A stretch of 64,000 bases of DNA, from NCBI GenBank assembly GCA_946545035.1, contig CAMNND010000001.1, positions 34,809-98,808 on the forward strand, read 5' to 3'. This document shows, piece after piece, positions 15,322 through 28,500 of this stretch. This DNA comes from an uncultured Clostridium sp. (GTDB lineage Bacteria > Bacillota > Clostridia > TANB77 > CAG-508). The position numbers were made by a program, and so were the translations under genes. Position 1 is the first letter of the stretch, and the number at the start of each line of letters is the position of its first letter. Below the pieces are notes generated by a model that was not told the origin of the DNA, ran no database searches, and saw nothing but the letters and a program-made list of their open reading frames with translations.

Positions 15322-15831
15322 ATGCCAACTCAAAAATTAATACATCAATTTAAAGACCCTAATAATAATAACTGAGTTAAATTTTGAACCTTTAATGAAA
15401 ATGGAAACAACAAAATTGAACTCAGTTCAAATGTTAGTGTAGATAGTAACAATTTAACTAATATAAATAGTCTAATTCAAAAAGTAACCAACCCAGAGTT
15501 GCCGCAATCTTTTTGAAAAGTAGTTTCTACTGAAACTAATGGATATGCGCCAAAAGGGCAAGCTAATTGTTTTCTTTATATAAATGAAGATGGTAATGCT
15601 CAATGGGTTAATCCAAAATATGATAAAATTACTTACAGTATAACAACAAATGTTCAAAAACCTACGGAAGAAATCATAGGACAAGTTCGAGAAGATGGAA
15701 AAAAGAATATTTTACAACCTAGAGGACAAAGCACTACGGATTTCATATTAGATTTAAACGATTTCTTATGAAATAATGTTTCTGTTACTCTTGGGAGTGT
15801 TAATAATTCTACTCCTTTAACTATTTCCTAA
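15322..15831 (+). CDS. Hypothetical protein (~169 aa), several in-frame TGA
   Basis: RBS aaaaggaggattagagaatt + ATG 15322. Open in frame 1 through TGAs to TAA 15829-15831. Confidence 0.45.
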
Positions 15832-15995
15832 TGTTGGGCAAAACTCTATAAAAGAAATATTGTAAATTATAATTAATAATGATTGAAAGGAGATGTAATT
15901 TGAGTGATTTTAATAACTTATTAACACATTATCCTTTACAAGAATTAATTACAATATTTTTTCTTTTTGCGTCTGTTGTAATTTCAATTTGAAAA

Positions 15996-16391
15996 ATGTA
16001 TGATTTTTTTAATCAAAAATACAATGAAGCATTAGAAAAAAGAGAAAATGAAATAGAATGAAAAGAAAAAATATCTAATGCTCTAAATGATCTTGATTCT
16101 AAAATAGATAATCTTAATCATCAAAATCAAAAAATTTATAAGAAACAAGAGCAAGTAGATGCAACATTAGCTCTTGTTCAGGAAAGAATGCAAGAAAATT
16201 CAAGGTCTTTCTTAATCGATGCTCATCATAAATTTTGTTATAAGTATAAAAAAATTGATGATTTGAATTTACAATCAATTGAGCGTAGATATTTATATTA
16301 TAAAACTGCGGGAGGAAATACTTTTATAGATCATTTAATGGAAGAAATACGTTCTCTTCCAAGAGTAAACCTACTTACAGATGAGACATAA
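15996..16391 (+). CDS. Coiled-coil protein (~131 aa from the ATG at 15996). Probably the C-terminal part of a membrane-anchored protein whose N-terminus (TTG 15899, strong RBS) lies in another frame; see the frameshift finding.
   Basis: Frame 0 is open from 15948, first ATG at 15996, TAA at 16389-16391. Upstream frame-2 ORF TTG15899-TAA16012 has RBS aaaggagatg. A T6/T5 tract at 15953-15970 lies in the overlap. Confidence 0.4.
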
Positions 16392-16406
16392 TGGAAGGAG
16401 GATAAA

Positions 16407-17201
16407 ATGGCTATTGAACTTAGAGCAACTATAGTTAATATGAAAACATTAACTCAAGATATTGATGACCCCATTACTGTCGGTTCTGGAGATGCTGCAG
16501 GCTCAGTACTAAGAATTATTTTTACTCAAGAAGCTGCCGCACAATTCACTGAAAATACTAAAGTTTATCTCTCTTGATTACATCAAGAAAAAAATATAAA
16601 AGGATATAATGTATTTACAGAAGTTGTATGTCCAAATGATCCAAAATTTCCTCCTACATGAGAGATTCATTATCCTCACTCCATGTTATATGAAGGAAAC
16701 GTTTTAGCTTGTATTCAAATTGTTGATGAAATTAGTATAGCTACTTCTAAAAATTTTGTTATTCATGTTTTAAAAGATCCTAATGATGGATCTGATTTTA
16801 TTAATTCAAATGATTTTACTGAATTTCAAAAAGCAGTTATTACTCTTACTACAATAGGTGATCAAATTCAAAGTCAATTTAATGAACAAAAAAATGAATT
16901 TGAAAATATGCAACTTCTTTTTGAAGAAATACAAGCTCAATCATTAAATGCTCAAGAATTAGCTGAAGAAGCTAAACAAATTTCAGAAAATTCGTTAGAA
17001 TTAGTTAATGCGGCTATTGAAAGAATTGATAGTTTATATCAAGAATTATCAGATTATATAATTACGCCGTCAGATTTAGCAAATTTTGTTACACAAGAAC
17101 AAATAGCAAATTTAGTGACCATACCAGATGCAAATAGAGAACATCAAGCTCTGTGAGATGCCTTACAAATTATTGAATGAGGACTTCAGGAAGAGGGTTA
17201 A
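16407..17201 (+). CDS. Coiled-coil structural/assembly protein (~264 aa), 4 in-frame TGA
   Basis: RBS ggaaggaggataaa + ATG 16407. Same frame as track ORF 16683-17156, extended through TGA to TAA 17199-17201. Confidence 0.5.
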
Positions 17202-17206
17202 AAAGT

Positions 17207-17644
17207 ATGGCACAAATGAAACTGATTTATACTACTGCTGAAAAACTTAATTCTTTAAATCTTGCAGATGGTCAAATTATTTATGTTCCTAATGATAATA
17301 TTATCGCTTTAGATATGCGGGGACAACGTTTTATTTATAAAACAATTAGGACTTTTGCTACAGATGCAGAACGTTTAAATGCAGTCTTTATCTCTCCTGG
17401 ATTTTATTATGTAGAAGAAACTAATATTATTTGACGATATACCGCAAATAAAATTTGACGTCAAATAACTTCTCCAGAAAAAACGCCCATTATTTATGGA
17501 GAAACAAAAGAAGTTTTTCCTGAAATAGGAGAAGAAGGAATTTTATTTTATACAGATAATGGTATTTATAATTGAAAACCTCAATTAAATGAATATAATT
17601 TAATTGCAAATGCTAATACTTGAGGAAGTATTTAATATTAAAAG
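17207..17644 (+). CDS. Hypothetical protein (~145 aa), 4 in-frame TGA
   Basis: RBS gaagagggttaaaaagt + ATG 17207. Frame-2 ORF (track 17177-17434) extended through TGAs to TAA 17642-17644. Confidence 0.45.
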
Positions 17645-17664
17645 ACGAAAGGAAGATGCATATG

Positions 17665-18966
17665 CCTGCTAATTTAGTTAAATTTGTCTACGCTGCTAGT
17701 GCAACTCCACAACAAATTGCGGCTTTTGATAGTAATACTATTTATTTTATTGGTAATTCTCGTCAAATATATAAAGGTTCTACTCTTTATGATGGCGGTT
17801 CTGCAGATATTGCTGCAGATTTAGCTACTCTTGAATCTTATATTGGTACATTACCTGTAGATAGTAGTTACACTGATCTTATTGATTATATTAATAAATC
17901 AATTGCCGCAGGAGATGAAACTGTTACAAACTTAGTTACTACTCTGGATAATAGTCTTGCGACTGTTGCAAAAAGTGGAGCTGCCGCAGATGTTAATATT
18001 GCAGATAGCGGTGGTAATTTTGCATCAGGAACAGTTGAAGGAGCTTTAGCAGAACTATATACTGCTATTGGAACTGGTGGAACGAATTCTGCTGTAACAA
18101 TTACTAAAACAACTGGCGGACCTGATGATAATTATGCTTATCGTTACGTATTTAGCCAAGGTGGTTCTACTATTAATAATGGAACAATTGATATTGCAAA
18201 AGATATGGTAGCTACTAATGGTGAATTAATTCATCCAACTGCACAAAATCCTATCACTATTGGTGGACAACAAGTAACTTCTGGTACATACATTGCAATG
18301 ACAATTGCTAATGGTGATACTTTTTATATTAACGTAGCAGATTTAATTGAATATAATTCAGTTTCTAATACAGATGAAATTACATTAACAGATACTAATC
18401 ATACGATTAGTGCAACTGTTGGAGAAATCGCAGCAAGTAAGATTCGTTATTCTCAAACTCAAACAGTTGCTCAAGCGATTAATGCTCTTGAAACGGCATC
18501 ATCTACAGGAGTAGATACTAAAATTTCAACTGAAATTAATAAACTTGATGCAGACTTAGATGCAACTGCGGGATCTGTTATAACAGGTATTACTGAAACT
18601 GATGGTAAAATTACTCATATTGACGAGGTTGCTCTTACTGCAACAAATGTTGCTTATGGTCAAACTACGGTCGGTGCAGCTCTCGACACTATTGGAGCAA
18701 TACCAGGAACTTCTAGTGCAACAACTGTTGTTGGATATATTGATGAAAAAGTTGGAGCCGGTGTTTCTACGCTTGATGCGGATTTAGATGCATCTGGTAC
18801 ACCACAACATTCTGGAGTTTTTGTTATGTCAGGAGTTACAGAAGTTGATGGTATAATTACTTCTGTAGACAGTACAGAAGTTGAAGTAGCTGGCGCGGCT
18901 GCAGCAGCTCAAGCAGCTGCACAAGCTTATACTGATACAGCTCTTACTTGAGGCTCTATTAGTTAA
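17665..18966 (+). CDS. Ala/Thr/Gly/Ser-rich major virion protein candidate (~433 aa; capsid or tail-tube/fibre-like). Only one TGA, and a strong terminator follows, suggesting high expression.
   Basis: RBS gaaaggaag + ATG 17665 (or 17671). Track ORF 17620-18951 extended past one TGA to TAA 18964-18966. Rho-independent terminator immediately downstream. Confidence 0.5.
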
Positions 18967-18987
18967 TAATTATTTTAAAAATTAATT

Positions 18988-19026
18988 AAGGGGAAAAATT
19001 TTAATATTTTTCCCCTTTTTCTTTTA
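18988..19026 (+). terminator. Rho-independent terminator: AAGGGGAAAAATT-loop-ATTTTTCCCCTT followed by a T-run
   Basis: Perfect 12-13 bp inverted repeat followed by TTTTTCTTTT, seen directly. Confidence 0.7.
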
Positions 19027-19045
19027 TAAAAAGGAGGGGAATTAT

Positions 19046-19546
19046 ATGCCTAAAGTTAGATTTTATCGTAGCACCGATGGAACTTTTTTACCTCCGATTC
19101 AAAATGGATCTATAATAGTCGTCCAACGAGAAGGCTCAGATAGTCAAGGATTTAATTATGGAGACATTTATGTAGATATAGACGATGCTACTCGTCTAAG
19201 AATATTACCTAACAATGAATATAAGACATATAATACAAATGATTTAAACTTAAAAAATATTATTCCTGCACAAGGTTTTTTGTGCATGATTACCAATACA
19301 GAAAATCAACAAATTGGAGTTGTAATTGGAGATGGTATTACTAGTTTAAATACTCTAATTAAGACTTCATTAATTCCAAATATTACATATACAGATCATT
19401 TACCTATTGATTTCTGAAATAATAAAATTAATGCTTATATAGGAACTGATATTCCAAAATATAATTCTGAAAATTTAGATACAATAGGTCAAATTTTAAA
19501 TATAATTAACCCAGAAGAAACTTTAGTTTTAACAGCCTTATATTAG
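19046..19546 (+). CDS. Hypothetical protein (~166 aa), 1 in-frame TGA
   Basis: RBS aaaaaggagggg + ATG 19046. Frame 2, extended through TGA 19415 to TAG 19544-19546. Confidence 0.5.
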
Positions 19547-19559
19547 GAGGATAAATAAT

Positions 19560-22500
19560 ATGAGTATTGACACAGCCAACGGATATATATCTCAAGTTGT
19601 TCTTCCTCCAAAAGAAGAAGGCGACATTGAAAGATTATATTTAATTAAAGATAAAAATGCGCAAGATAATATTAAACTTTTACAATCTGATTTAACATCT
19701 TTAGATAGTGAATTAAATACATTAGATAATAAAATAGATAATATCGAAATTCCTAATATTTCTAATTTAGTTAGTACAGATGATTTAACTAATACTGTTT
19801 CAGGTTTAATTAGCAAAAAAGAAACAAATGATAACTATGTAACTTGGTCCAGTTTACTTACTTATTATTCTAACAATGCTACTTTAAAAAATAATTATGC
19901 CCATATTACAGATGGAATAATTGATAATGCAACAATTAATCATGAAAATGTAAATGGTTTATCTGAAAATTATGCGCATATTGCTCAAGGAAAAATTATC
20001 AATGCAGTAATTGATTACAATAATGTAGATGGGCTAAATGAAAATTACGCCCATATAACTGATGGTATAATTAATAATGCAACAATAAATTATACAGATA
20101 TTAATGATTTAAATGATCATTATGCAAGTATTTCAAATGGAATAATTGATAATGCAAGCATAGATTATACAAAAATTAATAATTTAAATGATAATTATGC
20201 TCATATAACGAATGGCTCAATTGATAATGCAACTATTAGCCATCAAAAAATTGAAGATTTAGGTAATAATTATGCTCATATTGTCAATGGGATTATTGAT
20301 AACGCGAATATTGATTATGCTAATGTTAATAACTTAAATACTAATTATGCACATATTACAGATGGAATTATTGACAATGCAAATATTGATCAAGCAAAAG
20401 TTAATAATTTAGACACTAACTATGCGCATATTGAAAATGGAGTTATTGATAATGCCACAATTGATCAAGCTAAAGTTAATAATTTGGATGCTAATTATGC
20501 ACATATTCAAAATGGTGTTATTGACAATGCAAATATCGATCAAGCAAATATTAACAATTTAGATGCTAATTACGCACATATTACAAATGGAACCATTGAT
20601 AACGCAAATATTAGTTATGCAAATGTTAGTAATTTAAATGCTCATTATGCACATCTTGAAGATGGAGTTATTGATAATGCTCTAATCGGATATGCTAATG
20701 TTGATCAATTAGATTCTCATTATGCAGAAATTGATATGGCTAATGTTAATAATGCTTGAATTGAAAATGGTGTTATTAAAGATGCCGCAATCTCTGATGC
20801 AAAAATACTTGGAGTTAGTGCAAATAAACTTACCGCAGGAAAAATAGATGCGGCAAACATTAATGTAATAAATCTTCGTGCAGATAATTTAATTGTTACT
20901 AAAATTAATGGACAACCTGTTATTGGTGGATATACATTAGTAGACCCCGCAATCTCAGGATATATAGATAAAAATCCAAGCCAAGAAAAATGGTATGAAT
21001 TTTATAATAATTTATATACTCTTACTGTTGATACTGTAGTAGATCCTAATAAAAATTATTATACCACTTCTGATTCAGTTGAGTTATATGACCAAGCTAC
21101 AATCGACGGAATGCTTGAAAATATAAATGCAAGAATAGATTCTCAAATTGAAACTTGAACAGTAGATGAATTACCTACTCTAAATAACTATCCCGCAAAT
21201 CAATGAAATACAAATAAATTAAAAGATGCTCACATTGGGGATATTTGTTATGTTGTTAATGCGGCAGATGATTATAATGGCTATACATACCGTTTTGCAT
21301 ATGATAATAAAAGTCAACAATATAGTTGGATTTTAATTCAAGACAATGATACAGCTGCTACTCTTGGACGAATTACTCAACTTGAAGAATTTAATAATCA
21401 ACTTGTTCATTGAGAAGATGCTACTGATGAAGGCGTTACTACCGTTAGAGGACGTTTCACAGAACTTTCAGGTCGAATTGATAAAGTTGTAAAATCGTCT
21501 ATTCAGCTTTGACATACGGCAGAAAATACAACCCTTCCTGATAAACCAACTTCTGCAATTACAAGTGTTTCAACAGAAGGTAATATTTGAACTTCTGTTG
21601 TACCAATATATAATGCTAATTATCCTTATTATTTCTATTGTTGGCAATATCAGTATGAAGATGAATCTTATGATTGATCCGCAGTTGTTTATGATCAAGC
21701 TACCACAGAAGCCCAAGAGCGAGCAAGAACTGGTATAGCAAATGCGGCGACTGCACAAAGTACAGCAGAAGATAATATTAGATCAAGTGTTCAACTTTGG
21801 TTCACAAAGAAGGATAAAGAAGAATTTCCTAATAAGCCTACTAGTCAAGTTACTAATAACAGCGCAACAGGAAATACTTCATATAATAGATGAAATCTAG
21901 TTGTTCCTACCTATAATATAGGTTATCCATATTATTTCTATTGCTATCAGCAACAAAAAGGTGATGGAACTTATCAATGAACAGATGTTGTATATGATGA
22001 TATTACCTCTGCGGCAATGGAAACTGCGCGATCTGCTATTAGCACCTTTGAAACTTTTGAACAAACAACTTTCAAAGAAGTTACTGATACAATTGATACT
22101 CAAGGAACAACTATTACTCAATTACAGACCGCAACTGAGAAAGCGTTATCTCAAGGTATAGAATATATAGTAGGAACGCATGGAACTACCGCAACTAGTA
22201 ATTGAACTGGTGTTACTCAAGAAGAACAATTATATACCGGTAAACAAATAGCTTATTATATGACTAGTGCTGGTGTAAGTAATAATCCTGCTACATTAAA
22301 TCTACAATTATCAGATGGAACTTGAAGTGGCCCAATTAATGTTAAAATTAATAATACAGATGTAACAGATCAATATCCAAAAGATACAGTTATAAAACTC
22401 ACTTATGACGGCGGAGCTTGAAAATCTGATAATTATAATTCAGATACAAACTATTATGATCGTGAAGCTTATAAAGCAAGCGTAACTGCTAACGGAGCTA

Positions 22501-25500
22501 TTTCCGCAGGTAGAATAGGAGTATTTGGAACTGATGGTAAATTAAAATTATTATCAAATTCCGCTTTTGATACTTCTTATCCAATACTTTATATTGGAAC
22601 AGCTTATACTACTAATACCTTAACACAGACTAATAATTATACTTTTTGAGGTACTCCTTTTAATCTTACTAATACTCATGCTATTACAGGAGCTGCCGCA
22701 GGCAAACCAGTATATATAGTTGGTGCATTAAATGGTAACATTATAACTCCAACATCTGAGGTATTAACTTGCACAGAACCAACAGAAGAGAATGGATTAT
22801 TCTATCTTCGTTTAGGTCTTATGTCTACTGCAAGTAATGCAGTTTTAGAGTCTCAACATCCAATATATGCATTTATGGATGGGAAATTCCAACAGACAAC
22901 ACAAAGTGTAGTGACAGTCTCAAATACTGTAAATACAGTAAAACAAACCGCTGATATAAATAGTGCTAAAATTTCTAATTTAACTCAGACTCTTGGAACT
23001 AATGCGGACGGCACTACCGCAGAAAATGATATTATACATCAAATATCAGAGATAAATCAAGATCTTGATGGTATAAGCACAAGAGTAAGTAAAACAGAAG
23101 CTTCGCTAAGGAGCAGTACTTTTGCAACTTCTTCTACTGCAGCAAGTACCAAAGCTAAAACAGCGACTATTTTCCCTGAAAATAACGATTTTGAATTATA
23201 TACTGGTGCAACTATTACAGTAAAATTTACAAATAATAATACTGCTTCTGCGCCAACTTTAAAGATTAATTCTACTGAAGCTAAGCCTATTAAAACTTAT
23301 TCTGGAGCGAATCTTAGTGAAGCAGAATATAAATGAGATGCTGGTTCTACTATGAATTTTGTTTATGATGGAACTAATTGACGTATTCAAGATAGTACTG
23401 AATTAACAAGATTAAAGAACAATGAATCTCGTATTACACAAACTGCTGATTCTATTACTTCATTAGTGGCTAATAATGAAACTTATACTGCCCCTGATGG
23501 TACTACTAAAACTAATACAATTAGAAGCGCAATTAAACAAAATGCAGATAATATTGATCTAAGAGTAGAAAAAGCTAACGTTATTGCTTCTATTAATGCA
23601 AGCGTTGAAACTGATGGAACTAGCGCAGTAAAAATTTCTGCGGATAAAGTTAATATTGAAGGCGCGGCGATATTTAATAGCGGTCGTTTATCGACAACTA
23701 GTTTAAATAATACTTATGATTCTAAGGGATCAGCTTCAGCTGCTCAAACCGCTGCAATTAATGCGGCCGCTGTAGATGCTACCCAAAAAGCAAATGATGC
23801 TCAGAGTGCGGCAGAAGCAACTGCTTCTGCAGACGCTACTCAAAAAGCCAATGCGGCACAATCAGCTGCAATTTCAGCAGCAGCGACGGATGCTACTGAA
23901 AAGGCTAATGCAGCTCAAAGTGCAGCGGAGGCAACAGCTGCCGCAGATGCCACTGAAAAAGCTAACGCAGCTCGAGATGCTGCTATTAGCGCAGCTGCAA
24001 CCGATGCAACAACTAAAGCGAATGCAGCCGAGGCGAACGCAAAGGCCAACGCAGTCAAGCGCACTCAGCGCATCTGGTACCGCTCGAACAGCGCCACAGC
24101 GCCTTCTACGCCCGGAACAGCATCCTCGAACTGGGTAACTAAAGCCGACGATGGTAACAGTGCATGGACCAAAATGCACATCGCCATCAACAATACGCAC
24201 AAGTATATCTACACGTGCGAACAGTATGAGATGGCTAATGGCACGGTGGGATATACATCGGTCCTTCTAGACAACACTATCACAGTAATTGACGGTGGCA
24301 ACATCATCACTGGTAGCGTCAAGGCGAACGCCATCAACGCTTCGTCAGGTACATTCGATACTGCTAATATTCCTGAGTTGACCGCGAATCATATTAAGGC
24401 TAATGTCATCAGTTCCATTAATCAATCTACGGAGACGGTTAAGATTCAGGCTTCCAAGGTTGAGATTGACGGTACGGCGGTGTTTTCAGCTATTAGCTCA
24501 GATGTTGATGATGCAATAACCGATAAAGGTTATGCTACGACCACTCAAGCACAAGGCTATGCAAACACTGCAAAATCCGAAGCTATTAGCGCTGCAGCAA
24601 CTGACGCAACGTCTAAAGCTAATGCAGCAGAAGCAAATGCTAAGGCAGCTATTCCCAGTGATATTTCTGAATTGAATAATGATACTGGTTTTATTACAAA
24701 TGCTGATGTGCCCACAAAAGTGTCGGAGTTAACGAACGACTCTGGTTTCCAAACTGCTTCTCAGGTCAATACAACTATTACCGGAAAGGGTTATCAGACT
24801 GCTTCTCAGGTAGATTCTGCTATTACCTCTAAGGGCTATCAAACTTCTAGTCAAGTAGAAAGTGCCATCACATCCAAGGGTTATGCCACAACTACTCAGG
24901 CACAAGAATATGCGAATACTGCGGAGCAGAATGCTAAAGCGGCTATTCCGACAGATATTTCTAACTTAAATAATGACTCTGGTTTTATCACAAGTGCTGA
25001 CGTTGTGCAAAATTGATTTGCTACGTGCACAACGGCTGCGGGCACTAAGGACAAAGTTGCCACAATAACCCCAGCTACTACGAGTTTCTCGCTCAAGGCT
25101 GGTGTCACCGTTAATGTTAAGTTTACGAACACCAACAGTTACAGTGCGACGTCAAGCTCGCACGTGACGCTGAACGTCAACAGTACGGGCGCCAAGAACA
25201 TCTACTACGGTGCAAGCTCTGCCCCAACAGGCACCAATACAACTCCATTCGGTAGAGCTAATTACACTAACACCTATGTCTATGATGGAACATATTGGGT
25301 ATGGGTCAGCTCAAGCGCGGACAATAACTCCGATACATACAACCGTGTGCGCTGGCAGGATGTGGTTACGATTCTTGAAAAGCCTACTGGAACTTGGCGA
25401 ATCCTGTGCGGAACAGCTTCTGGGTACAAGCAGATTAAAACAGGAGTCACGTTCGACCTTGCGTACCCGATTCTTTCATTCTCGACTCAACCAGAGGCGA

Positions 25501-28500
25501 ATGCCACAGCTGATACGGGGTACCTTTCCGTTAACAGCTTAACGTTCTCGAATACTGCGGCAATCCAGTCTGGTGCAGCAGGTAAGACGATATTCCTGAA
25601 AGGAACCATCTCTGGCAATACATTTACAATCGATTCAACGAACGTATTTACTACAGTCGTTCCAACAAGCGAGGATGGCTTCTTCTACATTCCGCTAGGC
25701 ATTATGACCTCCGCGACTGTTGGATATTTCGAGTCATCTAAGGATCTTTACGCCTATCTGGACGGTCGATTCCGTCAGGTTACGCCAACTGAGATTGTAG
25801 CCAGTCAGCGAATTTACTATCGCTCTAAGGTGTCTGGCACTGTCCCGAAGCCGACCGCATGGATCACCCTAGCCACAAATAAGTACAATGATACTGTTAG
25901 TGTCGGTAACAGTGGTTGATCTACGAAAGTCACTCCAATTGCAGCATCCAAGGCCGAGAATGTTGCTAAGTATTTATATTTATATACATGTGAGCAGCGA
26001 AAAAGACTTGACGGTACAATTGAATGTACGGCTGTTACTCTTGATGAAAATACTACTATTATTGATGGTGGTAATATTATTACTCATACAGTTACAGCTG
26101 AACAACTCAATGCAACAAGCATTAATGCTAGCAAAAGCTTGACGGTTGGCGCGATGACCGACGCAGCCGCGAGCACGATTCTGAACAGTAACGTGCAGGT
26201 CGGAGGGAGGAACCTGTTGAGGCTAACCCAAAGTCCCCAAGTGTCCGAAACTGCATGGTCTTATACGGCGGTGCCGACGAGCATTGATGGGTGGACGAGG
26301 TATGCCAACGCGGTGACTTTGGAGCGTACAGATAACGGTATAAAGGCAACCCACAATACCACAAGCACTAGCGACGGTTTTGTTGTACCACTTGTCACGT
26401 ACAATGCCGTAACAGGCGGAGAGAGTCTTTCCGTTTCATTCGAGTATCGAACCAACATGACCTCAATCGGAACGCCATATCTTCTCGCCACAACTAACGA
26501 AGGTGGTACCACTGGTAATACCCCTCTTGGTCACAGCGTTTCGGTAACAAAGTCCGAAACCGAGTGGGCTAAGTTCAGTGCTATTTGGACATTCCCCACA
26601 GCAACAAATAAGGTCTATGCATTCCTCCTTCTGACTTATCTAGCAACATCAGGCGGATGGATAGAGATTAAAGACAGCACTCTCAAGCTCGAACGCGGCA
26701 ACAAGGCCACCGACTGGACTCCTGCGCCAGAGGACCAAACAGCATATGTGGATGCAATTCAGGTCGGCGGAAGAAACTTGCTGCGTGGTACGGCTGCGAT
26801 GATGTCTGGCACAGGCCGTTGGAATACAGGAACCTTCCGCGCATCTGGTGGCACGCTTTCAAACGTTACTACTACTGATCTACCTCTTCCAAGCGTTTCT
26901 AGTGCCTTGCGAGTTACAAATAATGGTAGCTCCGCAGCCAATGTTGGTTTTGCACAGGATGTAATCTCCGGGCTTGTCGCTGGCGAGGCGTATACCGAAA
27001 GCGGGTGGATTCGCGCGAGTGCTGCGATGGAAGGATATTTTCAACCGATATGGAAGTCTACTGCGCAAATGACGTCGACCAACAATGTTGCTGGAAAACG
27101 ATTTCATCTGACAACTGATTGGCAGTGGTTTTCGTGGACGGGAACGCTTAATGGAGATCAGGCCAGCACATACAGCGGCGGATATGCTTATGCTATAAAC
27201 TGTCCCGCAGGTGGATGGTTCGAAGTCTGTGGTTTAAAGCTTGAAAAAGGTAACAGAGCTACTGATTGGACACCCGCACCGGAAGATGTAGACTCAGCAA
27301 TAGAACAATCTGTCGCTGGACAAGGTGGATTTACAATTCTTTGAAATTATGAAAATTTTACAACAGCAAACAATGGAGAAGGATATATCTGTGCTTTAGA
27401 TCCAATAACAGGTACTAAGTCGGATTCTGATGGCTGAATAATGTGAAATGGTGTAAAGCGAACTATTCCAAAAGGTATGATTAATCCTAATACGGTACAT
27501 CCATATAATACTCCATGTTATATAGTGTGTAGACTTTCATCTGCAGACGCTACAACCGGAACTAATTATATTGTTTCATATAATTCTGGTTGAAAAGGTG
27601 GAGTAATTAATGCGGGCGCACTTTCTGACTGAACTTGAAATGAAGCTACAGATATTATTATTGGTAAATATGTCGAAACTGCATCTGAAGCAGCTTTTGT
27701 TGAAATGGAAATTTATAATCCTCCATTATCATCTAAACAAATTACAACTCAAAATATTACCGCTTCAAGAGCTAATAGTACAGCTACTACCGCGAATAAT
27801 AAACTTGTAGCTTTCCGTGGTGTATGTTCTACAGCTGCGGGCACCGCAGCGAAAGTAGTATCTTGTACAGGTTTCGCGCTTACACAAGGTTATTCTATAA
27901 CAGTATATAATACAACAGATAACACTAGTGCAGCAAAATTAACTCTAAATGTGAATTCTCTTGGAGCAAAAGACGTTTGAGTTGCAGGCGCTGTTACTTC
28001 AGATACTAATCGATTACTTTGAAAAGCAGGTTCCACTATAACTTTTGTTTATGATGGTACTCAATTTAGAGTTGCAGATAGTCCTGCATCGCTTTATGGT
28101 ACTACTTGTACAATTGCAGAAGGAACTGCTGCAAAAACTACTACGGCTAATGATTGTGTAATTTTTAAAGGTACACAAATTACAGTACCTATGTCTAATT
28201 CTAATACAGCTACAAGTCCTACTCTTAATGTTTCCTCTCTTGGAGCTACAAATATTTATCATGGATCTGGCACTACAGGTCCTACTAAAGCCAATGGCTA
28301 TGCGTGACCTGCAACTGCCGCAGTAATATTTACTTATGATGGTAAATTCTGACGTTTTGGTAATCAAACATTTATCGATGGTGGAAATATTCTAACTGGA
28401 ACAATTGCTGCAGATCGTATTAAAGCTAATGTTATTAGCGCTGTAAATAATGGTACAGGTACTATTAATGCAGATAAAATTAATGTTTCAGCAATTAAAA

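Noticed and set aside
19891-24900. Possible CRISPR array or DGR template/variable repeat pair suggested by the tandem and dispersed repeats
   Set aside because: The repeats are in-frame coding repeats of 75 and 60 nt without spacer structure. The dispersed KLEKGNKATDW...GGRNLL copies differ at all base types, not adenine-specific, and no reverse transcriptase gene is present.
23776-27107. Overlapping and antisense ORFs in the track (e.g. 23776-24138 +, 23874-24200 -, 25210-25542 +, 26261-26512 -, 26759-27107 -)
   Set aside because: They fall in the GC-rich, Ala-rich repeat region of the fibre gene. These are typical stop-poor shadow frames of GC-rich coding DNA, not genes.
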